Below are positions 47,499-56,788 of a stretch of 64,000 bases of DNA, in pieces (position 1 is the first letter of the stretch; each line of letters starts with the position of its first letter). The DNA is from an uncultured Planctomycetota bacterium (lineage in GTDB: Bacteria; Planctomycetota; Phycisphaerae; Tepidisphaerales; Tepidisphaeraceae). A program made the position numbers and the translations under genes. The notes beneath the pieces are model-generated. The model searched no databases. It saw nothing but the letters and a program-made list of their open reading frames with translations, and was not told the origin of the DNA. The DNA is taken from contig CAWJEN010000006.1 of assembly GCA_963841915.1 (NCBI GenBank), forward strand, positions 64,001 to 128,000. The letters run 5' to 3'.

Positions 47499-47514
47499 TG
47501 TTCCACGTGGAACA
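47499..47514. promoter_or_regulatory. parS site 2
   Basis: Second perfect TGTTCCACGTGGAACA, 67 bp downstream. Confidence 0.9.
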
Positions 47515-47607
47515 TGGGCTGGCGTGCTCTGGCGAGGGGTCGGCCGGCGGGCGCTCCCTTTATTCAGCCCATTCGGCCGCCGCGGCGCAGCGCGTAGGAT
47601 GCCGTTC

Positions 47608-48650
47608 ATGGCTTGGAGCGACCGCGATTATGCCCGCGAAGAACGTCCCGGGTTCGGGGCCAACCCGCTGATGTGGCTGCTCTCTGGCGCGTTCGGTTGT
47701 TCGAGTTCTGGGGCGTGACGGTCTTCGCGCACGCGTCGCTTATCGTCATCACGGCGTTCGTGCTCCTCTTGGGTACGCCTTTCGGTAACACGGCCCTCGA
47801 CCGGCTGACATTCGTCGTCACGCTGTTCGGCGTCATCCTGCTCCACGAGTTCGGGCACATCTGGGGTGCACGCGTGACTGGTGGGCGCGGCGAGCAGATC
47901 GAGATGACGCCGCTGGGCGGACTTGCGTTGGCCGAGCCGGGCAAGGGCTGGTACCCGCACACGATTACGATTATCTGCGGGCCGCTGGTCAACGTAATCA
48001 TCTGTCTCGTCGCCGGCGCGATTCTGAAAGCGACACTCAACGTCTGGCCGCTTGGGCCGTGGTCGTTTGGCGAGTTGAACCCCACGACTTCTTGGATCGG
48101 ATTGGGGCGATACGCGTACTACGTCTACGCCGTCAGCTACTTCCTGTTGCTCTTCAACCTGCTGCCCGTCTTCCCGCTCGACGGCGGACAGCTGTTGCAG
48201 GGGCTCTTGTGGTCGAAGATGGGCTGGTTCCGAGCGACGATGGTGGCCACCGGCATCGGACTCGTCGGCAGCGTGCTCATGGCGCTCTACGGCATCGCCT
48301 CAGCAGGCCTGCTGTTGGCGTTCATCGGCGTGAGTTGCTTCCTGACGTGCCTGAACCTGCGTCGCCAGCTCCAGGCGGCCGGGCCTTATGCCTTCAGCGA
48401 GCACGACGAGCCGGACTACATGTCATCGGTCATGATGGACCCCGATGAGCCGGCCAAGGAGTCGATGATCGAGCGGGCCAAGCGACGACGAGCTGAGGCC
48501 AAAGAGCGGCGCGAACACGAATTGTCTCAGCGGCTCGAGGCCGACGTCGACGCGGTGCTGGCCAAGATCAGCACGAGCGGGATCGACTCCTTGACGGCGT
48601 CTGAGCGAAAGACGCTCGAACGGGCCCGCGAAGCCAAGAGCCGCGTGTGA
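47608..48650 (+). pseudogene. Site-2 protease (M50) with an apparent 1-nt frameshift near 47689-47690 (real or sequencing error)
   Basis: MAWSDRDY...LLSG in one frame; VRLFEFWG...HEFGH...GPLVN...FNLLPVFPLDGG...VDAVLAKIS in another. Confidence 0.75.
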
Positions 48651-48720
48651 CGCCGACGATGCGGTCGAGCGGCATGAGCCTTGTCGGCCTCCAGGGTGTT
48701 GTCGTCTACGCTGCTCGTCC

Positions 48721-50076
48721 GTGACCGACACCGTTTATCAGCAGTGCATCGACCCTTCGTGTGGCCAGACGCTCCACGTGGAACAAGTTGCCGTCGCTTG
48801 CCCGACGTGCGGCGGGTTGCTCGACATCAAGTACGACTGGGCGAAGCTGCCCGTGCCGTCGTCGCTGAAGGCGTTCGACCAGCGTCGTTTGAGCTTCGAG
48901 CCTCTGGACTTCTCGGGCGTGTGGCGGTTCCGGGAGCTGTTGCCGTTTTACAAGGACGAAAGCGAGATCGCGACCGTCGGCGAAGGCCGGACGATCCTGC
49001 AGACGGCCAACGGCGTGGCCGCGGAGCTTGGCCTTCCGATGGGTTCGCTGCAGCTGCAGTACGAAGGCTTTAACCCGTCGGGCAGCTTCAAAGACAACGG
49101 CATGACCGCCGCCTTCACCCACGCGCGTCGCGTGCGGGCCAGAACCGTTGCGTGTGCGTCGACCGGTAATACGTCGGCTGCCCTTGCCCTCTACGCGTCG
49201 GCGTCGTGCATGAAGGCTGTCGTCTTCGTCGGCAGCGGCAAGATCGCGTTCGGCAAGCTGTCCCAGGCGCTGGACTACGGGGCCGTCACGTTGCAGGTCG
49301 ATGGCGACTTTGACGACTGCCTCAAGCGGGTCAAGGAAATCGCCGCCGACCCGGAACTTGGCGTCTATCTCATGAACAGCGTCAATCCCTTCCGCCTCGA
49401 AGGGCAGAAGGCGATCATGTACCGCGTGCTGGAGGCACGGGGTTGGCAAGTGCCTGACTGGATCGTCGTGCCGGGTGGCAACCTCGGTAACTGCTCGGCC
49501 TTTGGTAAGGCGTTCATGGAGCTCAAAGAGCTCGGCCTGATCGATCGCGTGCCACGCCTGGCCGTCATCAATGCGGACGGCGCTAACACGCTCTATCGCC
49601 TGTACGAAGAGCAAGGTCTTCGCTGGAACGAAGGCCGCTTTGATCGCAGCGTGCCCGACGCGATGTACAACGCCTTTGACGACGACGGCCACCGGGCCAA
49701 AACCGTCGCCAGCGCCATCGAAATCGGACGCCCGGTCAATCTGGCCAAAGCCCTTCGCGCCCTCGACGTGATGGACGGCGTGGTGCGCCAGGCCGGCGAC
49801 CACGCCATCCTTGATGGCAGAGCAGTCGTTGCCAGGCACGGCTTCGGCTGCGAGCCGGCCAGCGGCGCGACGGTCGCTGGCGTCAAGGCCCTTCTGGCCG
49901 AGGGCGTCATTCAGGCTGGCGAGTCCATTGTCTGCATCCTGACGGGCCACGAGCTCAAAGACCCGGATCGGACGGTCGACTACCACATCGGCGACGAGCC
50001 GGGCCGACTGTCGAATCCGCCGACAAAGGTCGCCAACGACGCGGCCGAGATTGCCAAAGCGATCCGCGCTCTGTAA
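48721..50076 (+). CDS. thrC: Threonine synthase
   Basis: [56 protein letters not shown]. Confidence 0.95.
   Translation: MTDTVYQQCIDPSCGQTLHVEQVAVACPTCGGLLDIKYDWAKLPVPSSLKAFDQRRLSFEPLDFSGVWRFRELLPFYKDESEIATVGEGRTILQTANGVAAELGLPMGSLQLQYEGFNPSGSFKDNGMTAAFTHARRVRARTVACASTGNTSAALALYASASCMKAVVFVGSGKIAFGKLSQALDYGAVTLQVDGDFDDCLKRVKEIAADPELGVYLMNSVNPFRLEGQKAIMYRVLEARGWQVPDWIVVPGGNLGNCSAFGKAFMELKELGLIDRVPRLAVINADGANTLYRLYEEQGLRWNEGRFDRSVPDAMYNAFDDDGHRAKTVASAIEIGRPVNLAKALRALDVMDGVVRQAGDHAILDGRAVVARHGFGCEPASGATVAGVKALLAEGVIQAGESIVCILTGHELKDPDRTVDYHIGDEPGRLSNPPTKVANDAAEIAKAIRAL
48770..48785. promoter_or_regulatory. Degenerate parS inside thrC
   Basis: CGCTCCACGTGGAACA, 14/16 match to the two perfect sites. 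Confidence 0.5.
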
Positions 50077-50136
50077 GGCGTTTGGAAGTGGGGATGCGAC
50101 CTTAAGTCGCAGAGCATTCGGCTCGATGTCTGGTGA

Positions 50137-51114
50137 GTGCAGGACCTTGACCCAGCAACAAATCGGCCGCCGGTGTGGCGTCACCCGCCGCTGTGGATGC
50201 GATTGTGCGTGGTGCTGGTGCTGTCGGTCGGGTTCGCAGTTGTGGCAGGTCCGATCGTCCGTGGCAACGTGTGGGCGGCAAGCTTTTTGCGGCAGATGCT
50301 CGTGCCGTTCGCGATGCTGGTGCTTGTGCTGCTCGTGGCGATTCGTCACGACCGACGCTGGCGACGCACGACTGCAGGCATGGCCGCCCTGCTCGAAGAC
50401 ACCAAACGCCTTCGCGACGGCGAACGGACAGCCACGCAAATGCAGGAGATCCTGCAGGCCTGCAGCGACAACGGCGAGATGTCGCGTCTGGCCGTCGCCG
50501 TCGGCAGGCTCGCCGACGAAGCCCGCCGCGCCAATCGGCGCGTCCGCGACTTGGAATTGGAGTGCCAGCGTCGCGTGAGTCGTACCGCCGACACGCTCGG
50601 CCACGAGATCGGCGTGCTCAAGACCAAAGCCGGTCGCGACGGCCTGACCAATCTCGGCAACCGCCGCGCCCTCGACGAGGCCCTGCCCCAGCACATCCAA
50701 AGTGCCCGCCGTGCCGGTCGCGAACTGAGCGTGGTGATGATCGACGTGGATCACTTCAAGCCGCTCAACGACACGCTTGGCCACGCCGCCGGTGACGCGA
50801 TGCTGAAGGACATTGCCCGCTTGATCCGCTCGACCGTTCGTGAGCGAAGTGATGCGGCCTTCCGTTACGGCGGTGACGAGTTCGTCCTGATTCTCGACGG
50901 TGCTGGCGCGACGCAGGCGCGTGCGACGGCCGACCGGCTGGGTAAGCTCGTCGACGATCTTGCGCGGTCGATCAACGTCGCCAAACCACCGGGACTGAGT
51001 TGTGGCGTGGCGTGCCTGACGGGTGACGCCGACGCCGCGGAATTGCTCGCCGCTGCCGATGCTGACGTCTATCGCGTCAAACGGCACCGCAAGTCCGTCC
51101 GACTCGCCGCCTGA
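50137..51114 (+). CDS. Membrane-bound diguanylate cyclase
   Basis: Two TM helices, HAMP-like linker, DGLTNLGNRR, DVDHFKPLNDTLGH, RYGGDEF. Confidence 0.93.
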   Translation: MQDLDPATNRPPVWRHPPLWMRLCVVLVLSVGFAVVAGPIVRGNVWAASFLRQMLVPFAMLVLVLLVAIRHDRRWRRTTAGMAALLEDTKRLRDGERTATQMQEILQACSDNGEMSRLAVAVGRLADEARRANRRVRDLELECQRRVSRTADTLGHEIGVLKTKAGRDGLTNLGNRRALDEALPQHIQSARRAGRELSVVMIDVDHFKPLNDTLGHAAGDAMLKDIARLIRSTVRERSDAAFRYGGDEFVLILDGAGATQARATADRLGKLVDDLARSINVAKPPGLSCGVACLTGDADAAELLAAADADVYRVKRHRKSVRLAA

Positions 51115-51141
51115 GGGGCGACTATTAAAACTCGTATCATC

Positions 51142-51170
51142 GCCCCGCCGTCCTGACGGCGGGGCTTTTG
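51142..51170 (+). terminator. Rho-independent terminator
   Basis: GCCCCGCCGT-CCTG-ACGGCGGGGC followed by TTTT. Confidence 0.85.
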
Positions 51171-51293
51171 CGTGGTGACATGCGATCTGGTTGATGTGGA
51201 ACTGCTTTGGCAGAACAAGGCCTCGCAACCTTGCGGCGGTTCGTCGGTCCATTACGCTGGACCTTCCTTTCGCTTTACCCACGCGATCCTGCC

Positions 51294-52547
51294 ATGAGCC
51301 AGAACCGACTACGCCGCCTCGTCGCCCTGCCGTGCTGCTTTGCAGCCGGATTCGCCGCCTTCTTGCCGGCGACCGCCTCGGCCCAGCTTGAAGATGCCGC
51401 CGTCGAGCAGCAGACCTATCGCTGTGCCATCGTCGTCAAGAACCGTGGCATCGACGTGCCGGAAGGCACGGTCGAGTCGCTCGAAGACCAACTCGCAGCC
51501 TTACTAGCGGATGAAGGTTTCGAGCTGATTCGCCGCGAAGACGTGCTCAACGCCGTCAGCAGCCTTGCCGACTCCGGTCCTAACGTCGGCGACGACGAGC
51601 TGCTCGGCCAGGAGCTCGACACGATGCTCTCGAACAACACCAGCGCGCTGCGCCTGGCTCAGAACCTCAATGCCGACTATCTCATGACGGCGGCGATGAG
51701 CTCGTTCGACGTGTCGGCCACCGAGTTCAGCGGGTACGGCGTCGATCGCAAGATCACCGAATACACGCTCCGCACGAGCCTGGCCATCGTCGGTCGGGCC
51801 AGCGGCGCGACCAAGACGGGCAGCGTCATCACCGCGACCATCAAGCGGCCGTCGAGCGGAAACCTCCGCATCACGGGTGACGTGATGGACAAGCTGCTGG
51901 CCGACACCGCCAAGCAAGCTGCCGTCGCCTTGTCAGCCAAGGCCGACAAGGGTCGCGTCGGCTCGCCCGAAGAACTCGCCGGTCCCGAGCCGTTCTTCAT
52001 CAACGCGACGATGGGCGACTTGAGCTTCCCCGAAGTCGTCAAAAACGACGACGGCGAGTACGAAGTTACCGCCAACAACTACAAACTCCAGGCGTTCGGC
52101 GTCGTCGTCGAAATGGACGGCATTGTCGTCGGCTCGACCCCCGGCCCGTTCGAGGTATCGCCCGGCCTGCACAAGGTTCGCCTGCGTCGTCCGGGGTTCG
52201 AGGATTGGGAAGGCAACGTCAACGTCCGCGAGGGTCAGCCGCTGACGATCTCGATGGTGATGACGCCCGACTTCCGCCAGCAGTTCATGGATCAGGCCGA
52301 CTTCTTCGCCGGGCTCAAGCGTGGGGAGAAGCTGACGGACGCACAGGTGGAGGTCATGAAGGGCTACGCCGACTTCCTGAAGAACAGCGAGGTCAAGATC
52401 GGCGTCGACAAGATCAACGTCGTCAACCGCAGCCGCTTCAGCGGCATGGCCGACCTGTTCGGCGACGTGAACTACTTCGACTGGCTCGACACGCAGTCGC
52501 CGACCACCGCTCCGGGCATGGGCTCAGACGACCTGTCCGGCGAGTAG
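51294..52547 (+). CDS. Exported PEGA-domain protein
   Basis: Signal peptide; VEMDGIVVGSTP...PGLHKVRLRRPGFEDW. Confidence 0.75.
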   Translation: MSQNRLRRLVALPCCFAAGFAAFLPATASAQLEDAAVEQQTYRCAIVVKNRGIDVPEGTVESLEDQLAALLADEGFELIRREDVLNAVSSLADSGPNVGDDELLGQELDTMLSNNTSALRLAQNLNADYLMTAAMSSFDVSATEFSGYGVDRKITEYTLRTSLAIVGRASGATKTGSVITATIKRPSSGNLRITGDVMDKLLADTAKQAAVALSAKADKGRVGSPEELAGPEPFFINATMGDLSFPEVVKNDDGEYEVTANNYKLQAFGVVVEMDGIVVGSTPGPFEVSPGLHKVRLRRPGFEDWEGNVNVREGQPLTISMVMTPDFRQQFMDQADFFAGLKRGEKLTDAQVEVMKGYADFLKNSEVKIGVDKINVVNRSRFSGMADLFGDVNYFDWLDTQSPTTAPGMGSDDLSGE

Positions 52548-52603
52548 TGCGTAGCCCGAGTCACCTTCTTTAAGAACAACAACATCTTTTCACCGGATTG
52601 ACG

Positions 52604-53587
52604 ATGTCTCACACCTTCTCCCGCAGCCGTTTCTCTCAGATTGCAGCCAGCTTCGCGCTTGCCCTTGCGTTTGCGGTTCCCGCCGCGGCACAGGACGACG
52701 AGCCGGCAGGTAAGGCCAAACTCGGCATTGCCCCTGCCAACGTGACGGCAGGCGTCGGTGACGCCACCGCCGCCGATGGTGATGCCAACGCCTTGCGGCA
52801 GATCATGGAGTCGTTCGATGGTCAGCTCATCGACGCCTTCAACAAGACCCGCAAGTTCGACATCGTCAGCCGGAGCGACCTTGAGACGGTCCTCAAGGAA
52901 CAAGACTTTGCCGCCAGCGGCATCGTCAACGCCAGCGACGAGCAGGCGGCCCAGATGTTTCAGGTCGCCGGCTGCAAGTACATGGTGAAGGTCACCATCG
53001 ACTCCTTCCAGAACATCAAGGAGACGCTCCGCCTCGAGGGAGCGGGCGAGGTGCTGCAGAAAAGCACGCTGCAGGTCGGTGCCGTCGTCAAGATCTACGA
53101 CACGACGACCGGCGTCCTGCTCGACAGCTACAACGACCTCATCGAACTTACCGAGGTCGACGAAGGTCAGCCGGGCGTGAGCGTGCGAGGCAACAAGCTC
53201 AACCGCAACCTGCGCGAGGCCGTCCAGGAGTTCTCAGTCCGGGCCGCCAGCTACACGTCGGGTGTCATCTTCCCGGCCAAGGTCGCCGCGGTGCGCAGCG
53301 GGACGCTCTTCATCAACCGTGGTGAGGGCAGCGGCATTGCCGCAGGGCAAATCTGGACCGTCTACCTCGTCGACGGTGGCATTGTCGATCCCGATACGGG
53401 TGAAGTGCTTGGCCAGGTCGAATTGCCTCTCGGCGACGTCCGCATCACCCGCGTCTTGCCCAAGCTCAGCCAGGCTACCAGCCTCGACGGCAGCGACCCG
53501 GGCTTCGAGACCGGCATGATCGTCAGGCCCGCGCAAAGCGGTGCCGTACTGACGATCCCCGATGCTGTCGATGACTACACGCCCTGA
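52604..53587 (+). CDS. Exported CsgG/HfaB-like protein with a FlgT-C-like C-terminal domain
   Basis: KFDIVSRSDLETVLKEQ, KIYDTTTG, INRGEGSGI...DPDTGEVLG. Confidence 0.75.
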   Translation: MSHTFSRSRFSQIAASFALALAFAVPAAAQDDEPAGKAKLGIAPANVTAGVGDATAADGDANALRQIMESFDGQLIDAFNKTRKFDIVSRSDLETVLKEQDFAASGIVNASDEQAAQMFQVAGCKYMVKVTIDSFQNIKETLRLEGAGEVLQKSTLQVGAVVKIYDTTTGVLLDSYNDLIELTEVDEGQPGVSVRGNKLNRNLREAVQEFSVRAASYTSGVIFPAKVAAVRSGTLFINRGEGSGIAAGQIWTVYLVDGGIVDPDTGEVLGQVELPLGDVRITRVLPKLSQATSLDGSDPGFETGMIVRPAQSGAVLTIPDAVDDYTP

Positions 53588-53648
53588 GCCTTCACCCGTT
53601 GCCCGTCGGCCTGTATCCTACCGCACCGTCTTCCCGCGCGACCTCACA

Positions 53649-55283
53649 ATGCCTCAGACGCGACAGGTCTTCGTCTCTACCGCACTTGCCCTGGGCATGC
53701 TCGTTGTGGGCGGGTGCGCGTCGAAGCCGCACACCGTGCGGATGGAAAAGGCGCTGACGCTGTACAAAAGCGGCCAATACGCCTTGGCCGCCCAAGAGGC
53801 GAGCGTCATCGCCACCAAGAGCGACAACCCGAAGAACTTCGACACGAGCAAGCTGCCACGCGACGGCCTGATCACACGGCTCGAACAAGGCATGATGCTC
53901 CGCACGGCTGGAAATCTTGAGGGCAGCAACGCCGCTTTCGAGCGGGCCAATGCCATCCTCGAGCTTGTCGATTCTGCGGCCAAGGTGAAGCTGACCGAGG
54001 AGGCCGCCGCCGCTCTGACCAACGCGACCGCCTCGACCTATCGCGGCACGCAGTACGACCGGATTCTGCTCAGCGTTTATCTGGCGATGAACCACCTGGA
54101 GCTGGGCAACTACGAGACGGCCCGTGCTTACCTGAGACAGGCGGCCGAGCGGCAACGCTGGGCCGAACAACGCTTTGCCAAGCAGATCAGCGACGAGCAG
54201 AAAGAGGCCGACGATCTGGTCGCCGACAAAGGTGGCAACGTCAGCAATCTGCTCAGCGACGACGGCTTCAACAGTCAGATGAGTCAGGCGCAGGGCCCGC
54301 AGCCGCTCGACCTGCGTGTGTACGACGACTACCGCAACCCGCTCAGCGAGTACCTGGCGGGCGTGACGTTCTTGACCACGGGCGTTGACGCCAACGACCG
54401 AGAATTTGCCTACAGCGGCTTTCGCCAAGCGCGTGGGCTTGAGCCACAAAACCCGTACCTCGAGATCCTCGAAACTGCCGCCGACGACGTTGCCAGCACG
54501 CGTGGCGGTGCCGAGCCGATGGTGCACGTCATCTACGAAAGCGGCATTGGGCCTTGGCGGGACGAGGTCAGCTTCGCATTCCCAGCCATCCTGTTGAGCG
54601 ACGACCTGGCCCGGATCGGCACCCCCGCGATCGCGCTGCCGGTGCTCCGTTGGGGCACCGCCGCCAACCCGTATGCGCTGGTTGTGGCAGACGGTCAGTC
54701 GTATGAGACGAGTGCTCTGGTCGACGTGGACGGCCTGGTGAAGGCCGAGTGGGACGTTGAGTATCCGCGGATCGTGAGCCGAGCCGTCGCCGCGACGGTG
54801 ACGAAGGCGCTTGCCGCCTTTGCCGCCAACACCGCCGCCGATCGATTTGCCGACAACAGCGACGCGACTACGGGCGCATTGCTTCGGGTCGGCACGTTGA
54901 TCGGCACGAGCGTCTTCCAGGTCGCGACCAACGCAGCCGACACTCGGGCGTGGATGTCGCTGCCGAAGGAGGTGCAAATCGCCTCGCTGCCGGTCCCGGC
55001 CGACGGTCGCGTGACGGTGCAGGTCGGCGGGTACACGTCAGACTTCGACCTGGATCCCGATGCCGCCGGGCACCTGATCTTCATCCGCCAGCCGACCGCC
55101 TCTGCCCCGCCTGCGGTGCGAGGCGTTGCGCTCCGGCCTGGCTTTGACGCACTTCCACCTGCCGATGAACCTGCCGTTCCGTCACTGGGCGATGAGCCGG
55201 TTTACGATGACGCGGCGATGGACCGCGGCATGATTGAGTTCGACGCCGTCGATGCCAATGCTTTGCCGCCAGCCCGCCGCTGA
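53649..55283 (+). CDS. COG3014-like TPR lipoprotein
   Basis: Lipobox VGGC, YRGTQYD...YLAMNHL, ADTRAWMSLP. Confidence 0.8.
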   Translation: MPQTRQVFVSTALALGMLVVGGCASKPHTVRMEKALTLYKSGQYALAAQEASVIATKSDNPKNFDTSKLPRDGLITRLEQGMMLRTAGNLEGSNAAFERANAILELVDSAAKVKLTEEAAAALTNATASTYRGTQYDRILLSVYLAMNHLELGNYETARAYLRQAAERQRWAEQRFAKQISDEQKEADDLVADKGGNVSNLLSDDGFNSQMSQAQGPQPLDLRVYDDYRNPLSEYLAGVTFLTTGVDANDREFAYSGFRQARGLEPQNPYLEILETAADDVASTRGGAEPMVHVIYESGIGPWRDEVSFAFPAILLSDDLARIGTPAIALPVLRWGTAANPYALVVADGQSYETSALVDVDGLVKAEWDVEYPRIVSRAVAATVTKALAAFAANTAADRFADNSDATTGALLRVGTLIGTSVFQVATNAADTRAWMSLPKEVQIASLPVPADGRVTVQVGGYTSDFDLDPDAAGHLIFIRQPTASAPPAVRGVALRPGFDALPPADEPAVPSLGDEPVYDDAAMDRGMIEFDAVDANALPPARR

Positions 55284-55333
55284 TGCTTTTCCTCACGCGG
55301 CTATCCGTGTGGTGTCACCACGAGAACCAACCT

Positions 55334-55747
55334 ATGAAGACTTTCCGCTTTACCGCCGTGGCGGCCTTTGCCGTCGTCGCCTTGTCCCTCGCCGGTTGCT
55401 TCCGGCAGGGAACCAACTCGATCACCTACAAACGCGGTCAAGAGGGCCCGGTGAACGTCGAACTCGACGGCAAGCTGGCCAAACTTGCCAAGATTGTCGA
55501 CGTCAACGAGTTCGACCGCGGCGGCGTACTTAACGTCCAGGTCGACCTCGAGAATACCACCGGCCGTGATCAGAACGTGCTCGTGCAATGGACTTGGTAC
55601 GAGGGCGAGTACAAGCTGCCCGAAGGCACCGGCATCCAACGCAGCGTCAACCTCGAGGCACGCCAGGTCGAGACCATCGGCGGCGTGGCGCCCAACGGCA
55701 ACGTCGACGGCTGGCAGCTCAATGTCTATCGCGCCGAAGGTGATTGA
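55334..55747 (+). CDS. YcfL (DUF1425)-like lipoprotein
   Basis: Lipobox LAGC, V.L.N...W.WY..., I.GVAPN. Confidence 0.7.
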   Translation: MKTFRFTAVAAFAVVALSLAGCFRQGTNSITYKRGQEGPVNVELDGKLAKLAKIVDVNEFDRGGVLNVQVDLENTTGRDQNVLVQWTWYEGEYKLPEGTGIQRSVNLEARQVETIGGVAPNGNVDGWQLNVYRAEGD

Positions 55748-55799
55748 GCCGGCAGCATCCCACGACCTTCTGATTCACGACATCCACAAGAAACCGCAC

Positions 55800-56399
55800 A
55801 TGAACTTCCTAAGCAAGCTCCTCGTCCCCTCGATCGCCGGCCTGGCCGTCGTTGCCGCCGCTTGCAGCGACTCGGGCGGCGCACGTCGCATTGACGCCGG
55901 TGGCAGCGAGACCATCACCACCGTGGGCGACATCGACATCCAAGACTACCTCAACGCTGTCGACCAGCTCACCGAAGATCTGCTCGCCCGTGGCGTGCTC
56001 AACGCGACCGGACCCGACGGCGAAACCTTCGTCGAGATCGACCGCGTCAAGAATGACACGTCGCGGCCGGGGGTAGACATCGGTCAGATCACTGAGCGAC
56101 TCCGCGAGAACATTCTCAATAGCGGCCAAGCCCTCGTCCTGACGCCCCGCGGCGAGTCGGCGATGGCAGGCGAACGCGAACAGCGCGATCGCTTCACCGG
56201 CGACGCCAACCGCGACGATTACCCGGAGCCCGACTACTACCTCACAGGTCGTCTGTCGAACCTCGGCTCGCGTGCCGGCAGTGTGAGGCAGCAGAACTTC
56301 ACATTCCGCCTGACGCTTACCGACACCCGCGGCGTCGAGCGGTGGATCGAGAACGTCGACATCACCAAGCAAGGCAAACGCAACAGCGTCGGCCGCTAG
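55800..56399 (+). CDS. lpoB: LpoB-family lipoprotein
   Basis: Lipobox AAAC, IDIQD, VKNDTS...ID...IT..L...LNSG, DYYLTG, F.LTLTD...W...I.K. Confidence 0.75.
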   Translation: MNFLSKLLVPSIAGLAVVAAACSDSGGARRIDAGGSETITTVGDIDIQDYLNAVDQLTEDLLARGVLNATGPDGETFVEIDRVKNDTSRPGVDIGQITERLRENILNSGQALVLTPRGESAMAGEREQRDRFTGDANRDDYPEPDYYLTGRLSNLGSRAGSVRQQNFTFRLTLTDTRGVERWIENVDITKQGKRNSVGR

Positions 56400-56502
56400 A
56401 GCAGCTTGCACGTTCACGTGGCTGACCGTCAACTCGAGTGCACCCGAGGGATGACGACTTGGACGAGCGAAGAAGCAGCCTGCTCTCCTTCGCAACGACA
56501 GC

Positions 56503-56535
56503 AAGACGCGGCGGACCGATGGTCCGCCGCGTCTT
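56503..56535. terminator. Strong hairpin downstream of the lpoB operon
   Basis: Perfect 15-bp stem AAGACGCGGCGGACC/GGTCCGCCGCGTCTT. Confidence 0.65.
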
Positions 56536-56569
56536 CGCATCGGCCTGTACATGTCGCGTAGGCTGACGC

Positions 56570-56788
56570 ATGGCGAACGTCCTCCTGATCGCGGCCTCGC
56601 TCTGTCTCATTGGTGCCGCCGTTTCGGGTGTGCTCGGGTTCGTCGTCTATCCGCGGCAGGTTCGCAAGGCCGGGAAACGCAAAGGCCCATCACCCGCGCG
56701 GGACCGCCAAGGCATGGCTCGAGCGATGTTCATCCTCTTTATGGCAGCCGCCTTCACCTGCGGGTTCTTCGGACTGCTATCGCAGTGA
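56570..56788 (+). CDS. Small two-TM hypothetical protein
   Basis: TAGGCT 5 nt before the ATG; two hydrophobic helices around a basic loop; 35-bp convergent overlap with the next gene. Confidence 0.5.
   Translation: MANVLLIAASLCLIGAAVSGVLGFVVYPRQVRKAGKRKGPSPARDRQGMARAMFILFMAAAFTCGFFGLLSQ

Noticed and set aside
47401..47514. Two identical 16-mers as a mini-CRISPR
   Set aside because: Too short, only two copies, no cas genes, and an exact parS consensus.
48706..51282. 858-aa minus-strand ORF
   Set aside because: Antisense shadow of thrC and the GGDEF gene; a typical high-GC artefact with no motifs.
56410..56425. Further parS-like CACGTG cores (also near 395)
   Set aside because: The flanking arms match the consensus poorly.
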